This document shows, piece by piece, positions 35,418-38,928 of a stretch of DNA of 38,928 nucleotides. Position 1 is the first letter of the stretch, and each line of letters starts with the position of its first letter. The notes under the pieces were generated by a model. It did no database searches. It was not told where the DNA came from and worked only from the letters and a program-made list of their open reading frames with translations. A program made the translations under genes and the position numbers. Origin of the DNA: an uncultured Candidatus Saccharibacteria bacterium (lineage in GTDB: Bacteria > Patescibacteriota > Saccharimonadia > Saccharimonadales > Saccharimonadaceae); the NCBI GenBank assembly GCA_964535375.1, contig CAZHTQ010000001.1, positions 1 through 38,928 on the forward strand, written 5' to 3'.

Positions 35418-37001
35418 ATGGGTAAGATCGCGAGGTATTTGAATCAGCTGACAATAGGAAATGTTTTTGATTCGGCTGACGTGCTCGATGCTTACTCGAC
35501 CGATAGGTCGGTACTTAAAATACGGCCGCGACTAGTGGCGCTGCCAGAGTCGACAGATGATATACGGCGGCTTATGCGGTTTTGTTATCAACTTGCAGCA
35601 AAGAATATAAAAATACCGGTGACGGTGCGAGGATCTGGGCTGGACGAGACTGGGGCGGACCTTGGCAATGGGCTTGTGATATCTACAGAGAAGCTTAATC
35701 ATTTACTCGAAGCAGATAGGCGTGAGCGGCTGGTGCGGGTGCAGGCGGGGATCACTTTGAAAGAACTCAACACCGCACTTTCGGTAAACGGGCTTACTAT
35801 CCCGGTGGGTGGGCACGAGATGGAAACTATAGGCGGGCTGATATCAAACTCGCCGGTGGATGATTACGCTGGTAAATACGGTGGTATCATGAACTATGTT
35901 GATAAAATTGAGGTGGTTCTACCTAATGGTGACATTTTACAAACAAACCGCTTGGGCGGACGGGCGCTCGGTAAGAAGATTAATGAAAAAACTTTGGAGG
36001 GGAGTTTGTATCGTAAAATCCGAGAGCTGACGGTGAATAATACACAACTTATTAACGATATAAGAGAAAAGAAGCCAGGGCACAGAGGATATACTAATGT
36101 TTCGCGGGCGTATTATAAGAAAACGCTTGATATTATGCCACTATTTTTTGGGGCGCAGGGGACGCTTGGGGTGATTACTGAAGTGATACTTCGCGCAGTA
36201 CCAATAGAGCATGCGCCGAAGCGTGTTGTGGCAACTTTTGAAAATTTTGTAGATGCAGAGAAATTTTTAGATGTGGCTAAGAGTTTGCAGCCGTTAAGAC
36301 TAGATATTTATGATATCAAGATTATTCGTACGGCGGAAGAAACTGGTAAGCGACTGAGCGAAATCACCAAAAATATGGAACGTGGAGTGGTGGTGTATGC
36401 CGAGTATGACAAGCGACGTGGCAAATGTCTAAATACTTTGGCGCGAGAGCGAGGTAAGTTGCCGGCGCAGTCGCAGCTAATTATTGAATCGCCCAAGACC
36501 GTAGTGACGCTGAACGAGTTTGAAAATTCGTTGCTTAGTTTTCTTAACAATACGCGTACGACTGAGCGTCCGGCGGTGGTGACGGATTTTTCAATACCGG
36601 CGCGGCATGTGACGAGTTTCATAAACGATCTAGAAGTGGTAGGTAAAGGGTTGGGGCTGGATCTCGCGATGTATGGGTCGTATGTGACAGCAAATTATCA
36701 TTTGCGACCAAAGTTTAAAGTGGAGGACGAGGATTTCAATAAAAAAGCAACGGCTTTTCTTCGGGCGGGAGCATATATTATTCGGCGGCAGGGCGGGTCG
36801 CTTACTGGTGGCGTACCTGAGGGGCGGGTAAAGGCGATTGTGACTAATGAAGAAATCCCAGGTGCCGAAAAGGCTATATATCTAGAGCTTAAAAAAGCGT
36901 TTGACAAATATGATATCATGAATCCGGCGGTAAAGTTGGGGGCGGATGCAAGGTTTACGCTAAGGCATTTCAGGAACGAAGCTGCTAAAATTACCGTATA
37001 A
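35418..37001 (+). CDS. FAD-binding oxidoreductase (GlcD / D-lactate dehydrogenase-like)
   Basis: YSTDRS, PVTVRGSG, VRVQAGITL, TIGGLISN, GAQGTLGVITE and KKAFDKYDIMNP. Confidence 0.85.
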   Translation: MGKIARYLNQLTIGNVFDSADVLDAYSTDRSVLKIRPRLVALPESTDDIRRLMRFCYQLAAKNIKIPVTVRGSGLDETGADLGNGLVISTEKLNHLLEADRRERLVRVQAGITLKELNTALSVNGLTIPVGGHEMETIGGLISNSPVDDYAGKYGGIMNYVDKIEVVLPNGDILQTNRLGGRALGKKINEKTLEGSLYRKIRELTVNNTQLINDIREKKPGHRGYTNVSRAYYKKTLDIMPLFFGAQGTLGVITEVILRAVPIEHAPKRVVATFENFVDAEKFLDVAKSLQPLRLDIYDIKIIRTAEETGKRLSEITKNMERGVVVYAEYDKRRGKCLNTLARERGKLPAQSQLIIESPKTVVTLNEFENSLLSFLNNTRTTERPAVVTDFSIPARHVTSFINDLEVVGKGLGLDLAMYGSYVTANYHLRPKFKVEDEDFNKKATAFLRAGAYIIRRQGGSLTGGVPEGRVKAIVTNEEIPGAEKAIYLELKKAFDKYDIMNPAVKLGADARFTLRHFRNEAAKITV

Positions 37002-37054
37002 TTGCGGTAGTAATGCAGATTATGTGCTATAATATACAGTAAATAGGAGTTTTT

Positions 37055-38353
37055 ATGAAAACAAAAGTAAAGAAATTGTCAGATTCGCGCATTGAGATTA
37101 CTGTGACTCTCGATACTGCCGATTTGAAAAAAGCAGCTGAAAAAGCACTAGCAAAATTAGCAAAGGAAATACGAGTAGAGGGGTTCCGCAAGGGCAAGGT
37201 GCCGGCTGAGGTAGCAAAAAAGTTTATCCCTGAAAATGATTTGAATGCAGAAACGGCGGATATTGCCGTGCGCACGACGATTATTTCGGCCTTTGCTGAG
37301 AACGAAAAGTCACCGCTGGCTTTGCCTGGTGCGAATGTAACCAAATATGTGCCGGGTGAGACACTAGAATATACCGCTACGGCTGATATTATCCCAGAGG
37401 TCAAGCTTGGCGATTATAAGAAACTCGGCGTGAAGAAGGCTGAAAGTAAGATTTCGGACAAAGATATCGACGGCGTGCTAGAAAACCTCGCAACGTCGTT
37501 TGCTGAGAAAAAGGTGACGAAGCGTGCGGCTAAGTTGACTGACGAGGTAGTGATTGATTTTGTGGGCAAGAAGGACGGTGAGGCTTTTGCGGGCGGGTCG
37601 GCAAAGGATTACAAACTAGTGCTAGGCTCGGGTACTTTTATTCCAGGGTTTGAAGATGGCATTGTGGGTCATGAGCCTGGGGATAGCTTTGAGCTTAAAC
37701 TTACTTTCCCGAAAGATTACGGAGTAAAGGATCTTGCTGGCGCGAAGACGGTGTTTGAGGTGCTTCTCAAACAGATTAATGAGGTGATAAAACCGGCAAT
37801 TGATGACGAGCTGGCAAAGAAGGTGGGGCCATTTGATGATTTGAAGGCTCTCAAGGAGGATATCCGCAAAAATTTGACTGCGCAGACCGATCATCAAAAC
37901 ACCGAGAAGTTTAAGAACGAGTTGGTGGAAGCTTTGGTTAAGAAGTCGACGGTGCCGGCACCAGAGATTTTGATTGACGATCAGGTACGCGTGATTCGTG
38001 ACGATGTAACGAGAAATGCAGCTTCGGCTGGCATGGCTTTTGAAGATTATATTGAGCGTGCGGGTGAAACGGCAGAATCTTGGGAAAAGAAAGCGCGCGA
38101 AATCGCCGAAAATAGAGTTAAGGGATCGCTGGTTTTGCAAAACTTGGCGATTGCCGAGAAAATTGACGTATCTGATGACGAGGTGGCGGCAAAAATCGCC
38201 GAGCTTCGCGACGTATACAAAAAATCACCAGAGGCGCTCAAATCGCTCAAAGATCCTAATGTAAAGATGGATATTAGGAACCGTATGGTGATTGAGAAGA
38301 CACTTGATTTCTTGGTAGCAGCTAACAGTGGCGCTAAAAAGTCTGAGAAATAA
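37055..38353 (+). CDS. tig: Trigger factor
   Basis: GFRKGKVP ribosome-binding motif; FKBP domain IDFVG...FAGG...LGSGTFIPGFEDGIVG...FPKDY. Confidence 0.96.
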   Translation: MKTKVKKLSDSRIEITVTLDTADLKKAAEKALAKLAKEIRVEGFRKGKVPAEVAKKFIPENDLNAETADIAVRTTIISAFAENEKSPLALPGANVTKYVPGETLEYTATADIIPEVKLGDYKKLGVKKAESKISDKDIDGVLENLATSFAEKKVTKRAAKLTDEVVIDFVGKKDGEAFAGGSAKDYKLVLGSGTFIPGFEDGIVGHEPGDSFELKLTFPKDYGVKDLAGAKTVFEVLLKQINEVIKPAIDDELAKKVGPFDDLKALKEDIRKNLTAQTDHQNTEKFKNELVEALVKKSTVPAPEILIDDQVRVIRDDVTRNAASAGMAFEDYIERAGETAESWEKKAREIAENRVKGSLVLQNLAIAEKIDVSDDEVAAKIAELRDVYKKSPEALKSLKDPNVKMDIRNRMVIEKTLDFLVAANSGAKKSEK

Positions 38354-38477
38354 AGCGCTGGTCTTTACTTTTTGACATAAGTGTGCTATAATGGAAGTAA
38401 TGAGTTTCATCTTGTTTACTATTGCTGTACTGTAAACAAGGCAAGATAATTATAATATAATAATAAGAGGAATTTTA

Positions 38478-38891
38478 ATGCCAACTATCAATCAGTTGAT
38501 TCGCAAGCCTCGCAAAAAGGCTGCGAAGAAATCAAAATCACCAGCTCTTGGTACTATCATTAATACGCTTAAAACTAAGCGCTATGAGAAGGCTTCGCCT
38601 TTGAAGCGTGGTGTGTGTATTAAGGTTACAACTAAGACTCCAAAGAAGCCTAACTCCGCTATGCGTAAGGTAGCACGTGTGCGTCTTACTAATGGCCAGG
38701 AAGTGTGGGCTTATATCGGTGGTGAAGGTCACAACTTGCAGGAGCATGCCGTAGTGCTAGTGCGCGGTGGTCGTGTGCCAGATCTTCCAGGTGTACGCTA
38801 CCATATCGTGCGTGGTACTTTGGATCTTCAAGGTGTACAAGGCCGTAAGCAAGGCCGTAGCAAGTATGGCGCTAAGAAGGAGGGTAAGTAA
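38478..38891 (+). CDS. rpsL: 30S ribosomal protein S12
   Basis: [35 protein letters not shown] and [12 protein letters not shown]. Confidence 0.98.
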   Translation: MPTINQLIRKPRKKAAKKSKSPALGTIINTLKTKRYEKASPLKRGVCIKVTTKTPKKPNSAMRKVARVRLTNGQEVWAYIGGEGHNLQEHAVVLVRGGRVPDLPGVRYHIVRGTLDLQGVQGRKQGRSKYGAKKEGK

Positions 38892-38893
38892 TT

Positions 38894-38928
38894 ATGCCAC
38901 GCAAAACTACTAAATCTTTGGAACGCAA
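38894..38928 (+). CDS. rpsG: Probable start of 30S ribosomal protein S7 (truncated by window)
   Basis: MPRKTTKSLER immediately after rpsL, as in the str operon. Confidence 0.7.
   Translation, partial: MPRKTTKSLER

Noticed and set aside
38410-38441. Hairpin CTTGTTTAC/GTAAACAAG in the rpsL leader
   Set aside because: Could be an autoregulatory element, but a single 9-bp stem is too little evidence.

Overview
Chromosomal segment that looks like Patescibacteria/CPR, probably Saccharibacteria (TM7). This is inferred from rpsE abutting rplO with no rpmD, short MetG/PheS, an LPxTG-tailed small protein and FISUMP-type secreted proteins; TGA is used as stop, so code 11. Most of the window is housekeeping: rpsE, rplO, FKBP PPIase, sbcB, ldh, metG, MIP channel, pheST, ftsEX-CHAP-S41, GT4, obgE, trmD, tRNA-Leu, rsmD, recG, tig, rpsL and the start of rpsG. 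The main result is a complete diversity-generating retroelement (DGR) at about 30853-35351 with unusual architecture. Its template repeat (TR, 30915-31137) is on the minus strand, inverted and upstream of the target gene, and appears to be a stand-alone RNA of about 455 nt with its own promoter, terminator and 5'/3' pairing. The variable repeat (VR, 32932-33154) ends a secreted FISUMP/CLec-fold gene and differs from TR at 14 positions, all TR adenines. The accessory gene looks like a MutS-I-like domain fused to Avd, followed by a DGR reverse transcriptase. A ~68-bp direct repeat bounds the cassette, and the target leader holds two interlocking 20-bp inverted-repeat pairs. Other observations: two paralogues of the target's N-terminal domain elsewhere in the window, many apparently leaderless promoters, several candidate structured ncRNAs and a REP-like palindrome motif. 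All alignments and pairings were done by eye; no database searches were run.
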